Shown here one piece after another: positions 8,594-17,695 of a stretch of DNA of 64,000 nt. How positions within the stretch are numbered: position 1 is the stretch's first letter; every line of letters begins with the position of its first letter. Where the stretch lies: IMG/VR virus record IMGVR_UViG_3300021400_001692, positions 14,815 to 78,814 of that record; one strand, 5' to 3'. The DNA is from a virus. Taxonomy: Duplodnaviria; Caudoviricetes. The notes beneath the pieces are model-generated. The model made no database searches. It was not told the DNA's origin and saw only the letters and a list, made by a program, of their open reading frames with translations. The position numbers and the translations under genes are program-made.

Positions 8594-10621
8594 ATGCCTA
8601 CTCCTACAGTGCAGCAGTACATGCAGCCGGCTGGCCCTGGCCCGGAACAGGGCGGTCCCGTTTCCGCGGACCAGATGTTTGAACAGACCTTTGGGGATGC
8701 CGCATTTGCGCAGCTCAGTTCGCGATATCCGCAGCTGGTGAACTACGTTGTCACGTTCAAGATTCTCGATTCGAATGTTGACGAGGGCAAGGCTTTCGGC
8801 ACGTTTGTGCTGCAGGCCGGAAAAGACTGGCGGTACATCCCCGTTGTCAGGGCGGAAGGCTCCGTAAATTCCTGCGAGCTTGTCTACGACAAGGTGAGCA
8901 ACACGTTCGAGCCGCTTTCCAATGATAGCGCCCAGAAGATAGTTTCCGGCAACATGACGCTCGGCGGGCAGCTGATGAACGGCAATGTGCGCGTAGAGGA
9001 TACACGCCAGCTGTTCAAGGACATGATCCGCCCGCCGTCGTCATCCAACGTGCTGCTGGCTTCCGGGCGCGGCGTTGCTGCGTTGCCAGACAATGCCAAG
9101 GAAGTTGTCGCCTCGTGGTTCAACGAGCACCCGCAGGAGCTTGCCAAGCTCGCGCAGTTCTACGACGTGAAGGAGCTTGCCGCGAAGCTCGCTCCCTCGC
9201 ATGAGAAGGTTGCAGCCGAGCCAAAGAAGATGCCGGTGCACACTGTTGACCTGAAGAGCCTTACTGCAGACGTGGCGAAAGGCTTGAGCGACGATCAGAA
9301 GGCGTGCCTGAAGAAGCAGGGCTACCTCGTTATCCGAGAGGACGAGCCTGCCGTTGCGGCGCTCCCCTATGTCGGATTTTCCGACGCCGTCGAGCGCGAT
9401 TTTGCCCTTGAGCAGTACGCATTTCCTCCCTGTGCAGAGCCTCCCAGGGCTGACGACATCCGTGTGTTTGCCGCTGACGTGTTCAAGGTCAACGGCAACG
9501 AGATGTCCTCGGAGCCTGCGCTGATTACGGGCAAGTACGCCTTCTTTGCCGGAGGCTATGCACGCACCGGCGAGTTCGGCGACCTGAAGAACGTCCTTTT
9601 CAGCAATCGCAGGTTCGAGCTTAAGCCTGAGGATTTTGAACGTGCCGGCGCAGTCAGCCCCGCAGAAGCTGTCCGCCGCGGCATCGACGGCAAGAACATC
9701 GTCGTGCTCACTCCGGTGTTTACCGGACAGTGGAAAGTGGTTTGCGAAAACTTTTGGGCGCGCGGCGCAGGCAGCATTGTCAACGGCGACGTATACATCA
9801 ATACGAGCGAAGGCGAGCTGCATTTCTCCCCTGTGCTGGAGCACGGGTTTATCTGCACTGGCGATAAGAAGCTTATTCCTACCAATGCGAAGGTGATCGC
9901 CTTTGAGATGCGCGCCGACAGCTACGTGCCGCACGGGCTTGTGCGTTCTTTTGCCGAGCTGCGCACGCTTATCGCCGGGAGGGGCAAGAGCATCAAGGTT
10001 GTGCAGAATGGCCCGACCACGAGCATTACGGACGGCGAGACCAAGAAGACGGCAAGCTTCCTGTCCAAGGCGGCTGCTGCACAGCACCTTGCTGAAACGT
10101 ATGGCATGGATAACGCGCAGGTTGCACGCGCAATGGACAGCAGCGTGACCATGCTCTTCAACAAGACGGCCTTCGAGCAGGGCATGAGCGTTCCGCTGTA
10201 TCCGCAGAGCCTGCCTCCGCAGGCGCCGACGCCACCGCAGATGCCCGGCGGCAATATGCAGAACTTTGCACCAATGACGCCTGGAATGCAGCCAGGTACG
10301 CCGGCAGCCCCGATGTTCAATCCGCAGCCAATGCAGGCTGGCATGGCCACTGGCGATCCCCAGGCGGTGGATACCGGCATCCTGGCATCGTTTGCCCAGG
10401 ATCCGGACATCAAGCAGCTTCTCGTGGACTACCTGCCTGACTTCCTCAACCTGATGGACAAGCTTGGCCGCATTATCCTGCTGCTCTGCCTGGAAAAGAA
10501 GTCGCTTGAAGAGTTCTACGGCGGAGACAAGTACAGCGACCTGCTTGGCTCGTGCAGGAAGATGCTCAAGCTGCTTGGCGACGTGGCGTCTTCGCTGCAA
10601 ACGTATGTGAGCATGGCGTAG
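8594..10621 (+). CDS. Large putative head/inner-body protein (675 aa)
   Basis: Long ORF with strong codon bias; HEKVAA, KKTASF, FNKTAF motifs; Pro/Gln/Met linker before helical C-terminal domain. Confidence 0.7.
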   Translation: MPTPTVQQYMQPAGPGPEQGGPVSADQMFEQTFGDAAFAQLSSRYPQLVNYVVTFKILDSNVDEGKAFGTFVLQAGKDWRYIPVVRAEGSVNSCELVYDKVSNTFEPLSNDSAQKIVSGNMTLGGQLMNGNVRVEDTRQLFKDMIRPPSSSNVLLASGRGVAALPDNAKEVVASWFNEHPQELAKLAQFYDVKELAAKLAPSHEKVAAEPKKMPVHTVDLKSLTADVAKGLSDDQKACLKKQGYLVIREDEPAVAALPYVGFSDAVERDFALEQYAFPPCAEPPRADDIRVFAADVFKVNGNEMSSEPALITGKYAFFAGGYARTGEFGDLKNVLFSNRRFELKPEDFERAGAVSPAEAVRRGIDGKNIVVLTPVFTGQWKVVCENFWARGAGSIVNGDVYINTSEGELHFSPVLEHGFICTGDKKLIPTNAKVIAFEMRADSYVPHGLVRSFAELRTLIAGRGKSIKVVQNGPTTSITDGETKKTASFLSKAAAAQHLAETYGMDNAQVARAMDSSVTMLFNKTAFEQGMSVPLYPQSLPPQAPTPPQMPGGNMQNFAPMTPGMQPGTPAAPMFNPQPMQAGMATGDPQAVDTGILASFAQDPDIKQLLVDYLPDFLNLMDKLGRIILLLCLEKKSLEEFYGGDKYSDLLGSCRKMLKLLGDVASSLQTYVSMA

Positions 10622-10622
10622 C

Positions 10623-11294
10623 ATGGATGAAAAAGCGGTTCAGGTAGAAGCGTGGGCTAAAAAGAAGGGCGCTCCCAAGGGATTTTCCAAGGCGCAGCTG
10701 CTCTATCTCAGGCATTGCCGCAAGGAGCCCGTGAAAAACGCAGATGCCGAAGCCGCTTTTGACGTGCATGAGAGCCTTTGGCAGCGCCGCATTGTCGAGG
10801 CGCTCATGCTCAGCGGATGCCCAGACGATGTTTTTACAGAAGCACTGGGTTTGCCGCAGGAGGCCATGGATATTTACCGGGAATTGTTCTTTGACCCTTC
10901 CAGGTTCAGGAACAAGCTGGCCATGATAGCCTATCTTGAGGAGCTTCCAGACCCGGAGGAGCGCACGCTCAAGATAATGGCGGTCAATCTCGGCTACGAA
11001 TTTGTGCTGTTCAAGTACATGAGCATCGTTCCGAAGTCCGAGGCACAGGATCAGATTGTGCAGAGGCTGTTCCTCTCGACGGCGTACAAGGCCATGGCCA
11101 TGAACTACGTGTCCATGAACTCAGCCACGATGAAGGTTGCCATTGAGCACGCGAAGCTCATGCTCAAGGCATACGAGGCGCTCAAGGATTTGAGCAGCGA
11201 CAAGATGGAAACGGCGAACAATTTGTTTGAGGTGCTCGTAAAAGTGGACAGCGAGGCCAAGATAACGGAACAGATAGATGGAGAGATAGGCTGA
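10623..11294 (+). CDS. Hypothetical protein (223 aa, helical)
   Basis: ORF tightly packed in operon. Confidence 0.7.
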   Translation: MDEKAVQVEAWAKKKGAPKGFSKAQLLYLRHCRKEPVKNADAEAAFDVHESLWQRRIVEALMLSGCPDDVFTEALGLPQEAMDIYRELFFDPSRFRNKLAMIAYLEELPDPEERTLKIMAVNLGYEFVLFKYMSIVPKSEAQDQIVQRLFLSTAYKAMAMNYVSMNSATMKVAIEHAKLMLKAYEALKDLSSDKMETANNLFEVLVKVDSEAKITEQIDGEIG

Positions 11295-12334
11295 TGGAAT
11301 TTACAAGCGTGCCTTTTCAGGAATTGGCAGACAAGATAGCCCGCGCATTCATTGAGGATGGCGTTGACCTTGAGGACGGCGTCGTGCGCGAAGCGAAGGC
11401 GCGCGACCTTACGCCGGAAGAAATCAAGCGCCTTGTGGAGAAGAGCAATACGGCAGCTTCCGTGCTGTACCTGCGCAGCTCCGGTGATAAGAAAGGCACG
11501 TTTACGCTTGCCAGCGTAAGCGGTGTGCTTGGAAAGACGCATCCTGACGAAGAAGATGAGGAAGAGGAGGGGGAAGAGAAAACCGCCTCTGAGTTCCCGG
11601 TGACGCGGTTTGGCGGGCTTGAGAAGCAGGCTGTAGTTGCTCCGATGCTGTTTGGCTCAGCGATTCTTGGCCAGCTGGCTGCCAGCCCGCTGCTGTACAC
11701 TGCGCCGCTTTATGTTGCTATGGCTAGGAACAATCATAAGTTCCAGAGGGCCATGGCTATCCAAAATCACAGGGCGCAGCAGGCATTTCGCCGTAAAGCA
11801 TTGCTTACCGGCGCAGCTGTTGGCGCTCCGGTGGCCGCTGGCGGCGTCGCTGTTGCCGCAAACAACATGGATGCGGTGTCTCAGCGACATGCGCAGCAGG
11901 CTGAAGAGGCAAAAGCCCGTGTTGATCGTGCTCTCGGCAAGACTGCGGCGCAGTATAACTCTGCAAAAAAGCATATTGCCGAGAAAAAAGTCGAAAAAAC
12001 GGCTTGCGAGCAGGAAATGGGAGGCCAGTTGTCCGCTTTGCGGCGCATGTTCCTGTATAAACTGGCCGATTTCGACCAGTTTGCAGCTGAATCGCAGGCT
12101 CTTTTCCCGAAAACCGCCGCTTCCGTAGTCAAAGGCATCGCCACCGCGCTTAAAATTGAGCCGAAACAGGTAAAAATTGCATCTTTTATCGACGATTCGG
12201 CTCCGGAACTGGTGATTATGCGTTCCCTTGACAAAAATATGCGCAAGCACGCCGAAATTTCTTCGGAAATTGAGCAGCTTGAAGCATTTCGTGATGATTT
12301 TATCCGCCAGTGGAAGGAAAAGGTGCTGAAATGA
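11294..12334 (+). CDS. Putative internal head protein (346 aa)
   Basis: EEKTAS, LEKQAV, LGKTAA, VEKTAC, FPKTAA, QVKIAS motifs; acidic linker; hydrophobic segments. Confidence 0.7.
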   Translation: MEFTSVPFQELADKIARAFIEDGVDLEDGVVREAKARDLTPEEIKRLVEKSNTAASVLYLRSSGDKKGTFTLASVSGVLGKTHPDEEDEEEEGEEKTASEFPVTRFGGLEKQAVVAPMLFGSAILGQLAASPLLYTAPLYVAMARNNHKFQRAMAIQNHRAQQAFRRKALLTGAAVGAPVAAGGVAVAANNMDAVSQRHAQQAEEAKARVDRALGKTAAQYNSAKKHIAEKKVEKTACEQEMGGQLSALRRMFLYKLADFDQFAAESQALFPKTAASVVKGIATALKIEPKQVKIASFIDDSAPELVIMRSLDKNMRKHAEISSEIEQLEAFRDDFIRQWKEKVLK

Positions 12335-12849
12335 TCACTTTGAGGGGCAAAGCGGCATTGCTGAAGCAAGGCAGCGCATTATCCGGGCAGCTAATGTCTG
12401 CTGCAGCGACAGCTGGCGGCATGGGGATGCTGTACAAGATGCTCCGTGGCGCAAACTTGCGTGGCGCCGTCTATGCAGAGGCGGCCCGCAGGGCTAAACT
12501 TCGCAAGGCAATGCTTCTCGGAGCCCCCGTAGCGGCAGGCGGAGCGGCCCTTACTGCACAGCAGCTCGGAGAAATGCAGAAACGGCATGAAAAAACGGCT
12601 GGGGTGCTGTTCAATATGTTCACTGCCCCGGCAAAAGCGGCAATTGGCACCATTGGGCATACCGTGCAGGGCGCAGCAAAGTACCCTGTGCTCCTTGGAG
12701 CTCCTCTGGCGGCTGTTTTGCTCAGCATGGCTGGCAAAAACAACCCGATAGCGCGCGCGACCGCATATTCTGACCCATTGAACAACGATTATTACCTTGA
12801 GCCGGGCTTCCTGGCTCCAAGCATTAAGAAGGTGCCTGGAAATGGCTGA
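12331..12849 (+). CDS. Putative internal head/ejection protein
   Basis: ATGA overlap with upstream stop; RRAKLRKAMLLGAPVAAGGAAL resembles a segment of the upstream gene; HEKTAG. Confidence 0.65.
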   Translation: MITLRGKAALLKQGSALSGQLMSAAATAGGMGMLYKMLRGANLRGAVYAEAARRAKLRKAMLLGAPVAAGGAALTAQQLGEMQKRHEKTAGVLFNMFTAPAKAAIGTIGHTVQGAAKYPVLLGAPLAAVLLSMAGKNNPIARATAYSDPLNNDYYLEPGFLAPSIKKVPGNG

Positions 12850-13297
12850 TTATCCTAAGAGTTTAGAGAAGGAAGCTGACGACAAGCAGCAGTGGCAGCT
12901 TGTTCGAGCCGCGGACAACGGCTTTTCCCTTGCAAAGCTGCTCCAGGAGGGAGCGGGAAAGGCATTCATCCCTGGACTGGTGCTCGGAGCGACCAGCCTC
13001 GGCGTTTTGTATGACAAGCTGAAGGGCGACAACCGCAGGAAGGCCATTTTTGAGAGCCTTTGCTGGGATCCGATGTTCAAGGACATGGATAAGTCGCAGC
13101 TTTTGCAGTGGTACACGACGATTTACCATTATGCTCCGCGCACGTCGCTGGACAAGGTGGCTACGAAGGAGCTTCTGCGCCAGTTCATGACGTTTGGGCG
13201 CGTTGACCTGCAGACGCTGAAGACGCTTGCTGAAACAGAGAAGGCCATGGCCGAGGCGGAAAACAAATCACCGTCACTGGCGGCATTATGGAAATAA
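12842..13297 (+). CDS. Putative head protein
   Basis: ATG at 12842 after AAGGTG; LEKEAD; hydrophobic helix FIPGLVLGATSLGVL. Confidence 0.65.
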   Translation: MADYPKSLEKEADDKQQWQLVRAADNGFSLAKLLQEGAGKAFIPGLVLGATSLGVLYDKLKGDNRRKAIFESLCWDPMFKDMDKSQLLQWYTTIYHYAPRTSLDKVATKELLRQFMTFGRVDLQTLKTLAETEKAMAEAENKSPSLAALWK

Positions 13298-13431
13298 TCA
13301 GCGGAAAAACGATTCTGGAGAAGCTTGGCGCGGCACTTTACCTGCATGTGAAGCAGGCTGAGGATGCGAAAAAGGCCAAGGAAGCGGTTGAGTACCTGCA
13401 AAGCAAAGGCGTGCTTAAATGTACAAAGTGA
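13288..13431 (+). CDS. Small 47 aa ORF missed by ORF track
   Basis: MEIISGKTILEKLGAALYLHVKQAEDAKKAKEAVEYLQSKGVLKCTK fills the gap and overlaps both neighbours. Confidence 0.5.
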   Translation: MEIISGKTILEKLGAALYLHVKQAEDAKKAKEAVEYLQSKGVLKCTK

Positions 13432-15221
13432 TTGAGCTTGGCGCCACTGTTCCGGGCACCGGCGAAGCCAGGGTAAGCCTGATCAAGGACGGCATTTTCC
13501 AGAAGACCGCCTCCAGCGAGATACAGGACTACTGGGACAAGCTGAGCAAGGAAGACGGCAAGGCCTACTTGTGGGTGATTGGCGTTTCCGCGCAGGAGTT
13601 CTACGGGTGCAACTCGAATGGCGATGCCTTTACCGAGGCAGACCTGAAGAAGAATCACCATTACTTCACGGACGAGGCGCATGTGTTCATGCACCATGTG
13701 AACAAGGACCCTGCGAAGTCGATAGGGAAGCCTGTGTTCACTTGGTACAACGACGACATGCACCGCGTGGAGATGATTCTCGGCATCGACCGCAATGCCA
13801 ACGGCGCAGCCGCCATTGTGCAGCGCCTGGAGCGCGGAGAGCAGCTGTATGTGAGCATGGGTTGCAGGGTAGCGTTCGACCAGTGCTCCATCTGCGGCAA
13901 CAAGGCGCCATCCCGCATGAAGTACTGCGAGCATCTTCGCTACCACATGAAGAAGATTCTCAAGGATGGCCGCCAGGTTTGCGCGTACAACCCTGACCCG
14001 CACTTCTTTGACATTTCCATCGTGAACCGCCCGGCCGATCCGACTGCCTTTGCCCTGGACAAGATAGCTTCGGAGGGAGGCATGGAATACGAGGACATTG
14101 AGAAAACCTCTGCGGAGCTTGGTGAAGAAGCTGAAGCCTATCAGCAGAAGCTTGCTGCCGTGGATAAGCTGGCGGACATAATCAAGCGTGTGAAGGGCGA
14201 AATTGTGGACCATACGGGTATACGGGACATCCGCGAGCGCGGATTTGAAGATACTGAGTACCCGTCCACGCCACACAAGAAGCTGATTGTGATGAAGGTC
14301 AGCCCTGGCGGATTGGCTGCGCTGATGCCGTCGCTTGGCGCTCCGCTTTCCTTTGGCGACGCGCTCTACATGGGCGGAAGGCACATGTTTGGCGACGGGT
14401 TCACAGAGAGCCTGATTCCGAGCATTATGGAGATGATTCCCCGTGCGCTCGGAATACTGCATGAGCATCCGGAACACCTGGATGGCATAGTCCGCGAGGT
14501 TACCGGCGATTATGGCGGCGAGTTCGATGACCCTGTCCGCCGGGATTCCATTGTGCGTGCCATGCGCCCGCATGCGGAAATACGCATCACTGTGTTTTCC
14601 AAGATGGCGGAGTCTGTTACGGAAGAGAAGGTGCCTGGGCTTGCCAGGGAGATATTCTCTTCCCAGGGAAGCAACTTCAAGCCTGTCGTGCTCAAGGATG
14701 GCAGTAAGACGTCTCCATACCACATCAGGGAAACGGCCCAGTTTGAAAATCTTGGCGGCTTGAGGAGCAAGGTGCTTGGCGCTGCGCTTGGCGCGGCAGC
14801 TATTGGCGCCGTACTTACGGCTCCCAGCAGCGCAGATGCCATGCTTTACGGCACGGTTATGGGCTTGCCTGCAGCGCATCTCTTGATGGGCAACAAGCCT
14901 GACAAGGTTGTGAAGACGGAAGATGGGCGCACAGTGTCCGCCGGGCTGATGAAAAATACCTGGCGCTCGCACCCGGACAGGGAGAAAGTCGCATCGCTGC
15001 GCCTGCCCACCATAGCCGGCATGGCTATTCCGGCAGCGCTTGCACTGGATTACTCCTTCAACGACTGGGTGTATGACAACGACCCCATGGCCCAGATGCA
15101 GAACGACTCCTACTTTGACCGCATCCGCAATCATGTCGGGAAGTTCTCCAAGGAAAATCCGCTGATTGCGGTAACGCTTGGCGGGCTTGCCGGGGCGGCG
15201 CTGCCTTTCGGCAGGCGCTGA
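13419..15221 (+). CDS. Prohead (capsid maturation) serine protease with Zn-finger insert and long C-terminal extension
   Basis: HK97/herpes-assemblin-like pattern: VFMHHVNKD, YVSMGCRV, CSICGN..C.HL, FFDISIVNRPADPTA; located upstream of scaffold and capsid genes. Confidence 0.85.
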   Translation: MYKVIELGATVPGTGEARVSLIKDGIFQKTASSEIQDYWDKLSKEDGKAYLWVIGVSAQEFYGCNSNGDAFTEADLKKNHHYFTDEAHVFMHHVNKDPAKSIGKPVFTWYNDDMHRVEMILGIDRNANGAAAIVQRLERGEQLYVSMGCRVAFDQCSICGNKAPSRMKYCEHLRYHMKKILKDGRQVCAYNPDPHFFDISIVNRPADPTAFALDKIASEGGMEYEDIEKTSAELGEEAEAYQQKLAAVDKLADIIKRVKGEIVDHTGIRDIRERGFEDTEYPSTPHKKLIVMKVSPGGLAALMPSLGAPLSFGDALYMGGRHMFGDGFTESLIPSIMEMIPRALGILHEHPEHLDGIVREVTGDYGGEFDDPVRRDSIVRAMRPHAEIRITVFSKMAESVTEEKVPGLAREIFSSQGSNFKPVVLKDGSKTSPYHIRETAQFENLGGLRSKVLGAALGAAAIGAVLTAPSSADAMLYGTVMGLPAAHLLMGNKPDKVVKTEDGRTVSAGLMKNTWRSHPDREKVASLRLPTIAGMAIPAALALDYSFNDWVYDNDPMAQMQNDSYFDRIRNHVGKFSKENPLIAVTLGGLAGAALPFGRR

Positions 15222-15231
15222 TAGCTAAAAA

Positions 15232-15260
15232 AGGGCAAGCGGCTTTACGCTGCTTGCCCT
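15232..15260. terminator. Terminator hairpin between convergent genes
   Basis: AGGGCAAGC...GCTTGCCCT preceded by GCTAAAAAA (U tract for - strand). Confidence 0.75.
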
Positions 15261-15267
15261 GTTACCG

Positions 15268-15621
15268 TTACCCGAACAGGCGGTGGAGCAACGAAGCCTC
15301 ACGGAGAACCTTGCACTTGCCGAGCCGCCCTACGCCGTCTTTTCCGACATATGGGTGGAACACAACAAGTTTGCCACGCTTGTCCTGGACGATAAGCTCC
15401 TTGCCGGCAAGCATAACTTTTTCTCCGGTTCTCTTTATGGTTACGCGCTGTCCCTGATAGACCCGTGTGCCATGGTACTGGACCCACGGCATAGCCTCAT
15501 TGCGGATGCGATGAGCCATGCGTTTCATCATGGGAAGGTCGCTTTCGGACTGGGCTATCTTTCCCTGAAGGTATGCGGCGCCGAGACAACAGGCGCCAGT
15601 GATTACGGCTAACGGCCACAT
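15268..15621 (-). CDS. Membrane-anchored early protein (inverted cassette 3); paralogue of 5473-5886
   Basis: ATG at 15621 after GGAGGG RBS; N-terminal hydrophobic helix; shared RVxQG..V.I..TG..V.L.G..L.V motif. Confidence 0.75.
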   Translation of the reverse strand: MWPLAVITGACCLGAAYLQGKIAQSESDLPMMKRMAHRIRNEAMPWVQYHGTRVYQGQRVTIKRTGEKVMLAGKELIVQDKRGKLVVFHPYVGKDGVGRLGKCKVLREASLLHRLFG

Positions 15622-15721
15622 AGGATTCCCTCCCATTGTTATGGACGCCCCACAATGAGGCTTCCGTAATGGAAGGTATATTAAGCGCGGAATGATGTCC
15701 ACGCATTAACGGCTTATATCA
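15622..15721 (-). promoter_or_regulatory. Early promoter plus conserved structured 5' leader (copy 2)
   Basis: TGATATAAG followed by the same leader blocks as 5887-5999. Confidence 0.75.
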
Positions 15722-15814
15722 AATATTTTTTCTGAATTTCGCAAACTAGGTGCTACAAACTTTATGTAGCAGATATTCAGCGCCTTACGGCGCCATAAAC
15801 AAGAGGATAACAAC

Positions 15815-16786
15815 GTGTCTGAAAAACCGGCAATCAGCATTTCCGACATCCTGGCTGACTTCAACAGCAGGATGAAGGTCGCCGAGGACGAAGAGAAGCC
15901 CGAAACCGTCGATGGCGGTGATGAGCCCAAGGAAGACGTGGCGGAAGACGCCAAGGACGATTCCGAGGACAAGGAGAAGGGCGAGGAGCAGCCCGCGGAC
16001 GATACTGGTGACAAGGAAGACGACGATACGCTCAGCGACAGCCTCAAGGACATAGCCGAAGAGGCTGTGAACGAACATACGGCGGCCCTCAAGAAGGAAG
16101 CGGCCCTGTTCGGCCAGGTGTTTGCTGACAGCGTCATTTCCAGCATGCGCCGCGCAGCTACGCAGGAAAAGCTTGCTGAGCTGTACGACGCCACATATAT
16201 GGAAACCCTCAAGAAGCTTGCGGACGCCATGCCCATGCCCGGCACGATGCCGGCGATGGCTGCCGACCCTGCCGCCCAGGCAGGACAGCAGCAGCCTGCG
16301 ATGATGCCCGGCGCCGCACCGCAGCCTGTGGATCCCAATTACGGGCTGATGTATCCGACGCCTGCCGCCGGCCCGAACCTGCCTGGGTACTTCCCGCCGC
16401 AGGACGGAGCCAACCCCGAGCAGGTGTATCCTGAAAGCCTGCCGCCCGAAGAGCCGGCTCCTGCCCCTGCGCTGCAGCCCGACCCAGCAGCCATGAAGCA
16501 GGTTGCCAAGGCCGTTTCCAGCGCGTCTGACGCCGCTGCCGAAGCCGCCCGCGCTGCCGGACTGCTTTCCCAGGCTTTGACGGAAGGTTCTGCTGCGCCC
16601 GAAGAAGCATATCCGCAGTCCCTGCCGCCTGATGCGACGCCTCCGGCTGACCCGGCCATGGCTCAGCCTGACCCGGCCATGGCTCAGCCTGACCCGGCCA
16701 TGGCACAGCCTGACCAGGCCATGGCACAGCCTGACCCGGCCATGATGCAGCAGCAGGGCGGATACCCGCAGGCACTGCCATACTAA
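15815..16786 (+). CDS. Putative capsid scaffolding protein
   Basis: Acidic N-terminus, helical centre and Pro/Ala/Gln-rich tail; lies between protease and capsid genes; GAGGA RBS, GTG start. Confidence 0.55.
   Translation: MSEKPAISISDILADFNSRMKVAEDEEKPETVDGGDEPKEDVAEDAKDDSEDKEKGEEQPADDTGDKEDDDTLSDSLKDIAEEAVNEHTAALKKEAALFGQVFADSVISSMRRAATQEKLAELYDATYMETLKKLADAMPMPGTMPAMAADPAAQAGQQQPAMMPGAAPQPVDPNYGLMYPTPAAGPNLPGYFPPQDGANPEQVYPESLPPEEPAPAPALQPDPAAMKQVAKAVSSASDAAAEAARAAGLLSQALTEGSAAPEEAYPQSLPPDATPPADPAMAQPDPAMAQPDPAMAQPDQAMAQPDPAMMQQQGGYPQALPY
16650..16745 (+). repeat. 21-bp tandem repeat encoding DPAMAQP
   Basis: GACCCGGCCATGGCTCAGCCT-like units repeated about 4-5 times. Confidence 0.85.
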
Positions 16787-16795
16787 GGAGCGGAC

Positions 16796-16939
16796 ATGGA
16801 CATTTCGGCCATGCTTACGAAAACTGCCGAGAGCCTCCGCAAGGAAGCAGAGCGCATCCGCAAGGAGCCTGTTGAGAAGCAGGCTTCCTACCGGATAGAC
16901 GTGAAGGAATTGAGGAGGCTTATCCGCAATGGACGCTGA
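16796..16939 (+). CDS. Small 47 aa head-associated protein
   Basis: AAGGAG RBS; MDISAMLTKTAESLRKEAERIRKEPVEKQASY...; not in ORF track. Confidence 0.65.
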   Translation: MDISAMLTKTAESLRKEAERIRKEPVEKQASYRIDVKELRRLIRNGR

Positions 16940-17075
16940 GAAGATCAAGGAGATAGCCGGAACGCTGCGCAAGGTTGCAGAAAGCCTGCGCGCGGAAGGC
17001 GTCGAAAAGAAGGCTGAAAAGCTCGACTCAGGACATGTGCTGAACTTCCTCCGCTTTTTTGGAGCGAAACGATGA
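16929..17075 (+). CDS. Small 48 aa head-associated protein, similar to upstream gene
   Basis: GAGGAGG RBS; MDAEKIKEIAGTLRKVAESLRAEGVEKKAE...; not in ORF track. Confidence 0.65.
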   Translation: MDAEKIKEIAGTLRKVAESLRAEGVEKKAEKLDSGHVLNFLRFFGAKR

Positions 17076-17272
17076 GCAGTAATTCCAATGAAACGACGGC
17101 CCAGCTCATAGAGAAGCTCGCTTCTCAGATCGAGGCTTTCGCAAATACTTTGTCAGAAGCAAAGCAAGAAACAACCCCAACTAAAACGGCGTCAGCCGTG
17201 GAAAGCTACGGATCCCTTGATACCCGCGTGGTGTCTGGCAACGATGCGTTCACGGCCTGGCTGCTCAGCTAA
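17072..17272 (+). CDS. Small head-associated protein
   Basis: 66 aa; ATGA overlap; TKTASA motif. Confidence 0.65.
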   Translation: MSSNSNETTAQLIEKLASQIEAFANTLSEAKQETTPTKTASAVESYGSLDTRVVSGNDAFTAWLLS

Positions 17273-17283
17273 GAGGTAAAAAC

Positions 17284-17682
17284 ATGTACCAGATCTCTAA
17301 AGGGTGGCCCAGCGACGCCGCCATCGACGAGGTTTTTAAGGCGGCTTCCGGGCAGGAGCTGCATGAAGGAATGATTGTCAAGCTCGATGCCAACCATGAA
17401 GGCTCCGTTGCTAACTCCGTTCCTACGGATGGAACGCTTGTGTTCGTTATTGGCCACGAGTTTCTGAATAAGACCTTCACCGGACTCATGCACCCCTGCG
17501 TCATTACCTGTGACAAAGACTGCTTTGATGACACAGCCACCTGGACTGGCGGAGCCCTTGTGACCGTTGGCACTGGCGGCAAGTTTAAGCCCGCTGGCGA
17601 CAATGATACCGCCATCGGCCGTGTCCTTGCGTATGACGCCGCTACCGGCATCCTCCGCATCCACTGGTTTGAATCCAAGTAA
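17284..17682 (+). CDS. Putative capsid decoration/cement protein
   Basis: 132 aa immediately upstream of MCP; G..VKL...G and GALVTV...GKF....AIGRV pattern typical of beta-tulip cement proteins. Confidence 0.65.
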   Translation: MYQISKGWPSDAAIDEVFKAASGQELHEGMIVKLDANHEGSVANSVPTDGTLVFVIGHEFLNKTFTGLMHPCVITCDKDCFDDTATWTGGALVTVGTGGKFKPAGDNDTAIGRVLAYDAATGILRIHWFESK

Positions 17683-17695
17683 GAGGTAAGAAGAC

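Noticed and set aside
8594-10621. Portal protein
   Set aside because: Size is plausible, but I recognised no portal motif and the protein carries internal K[TV]A sites and a Pro/Gln linker. The portal may lie outside the window.
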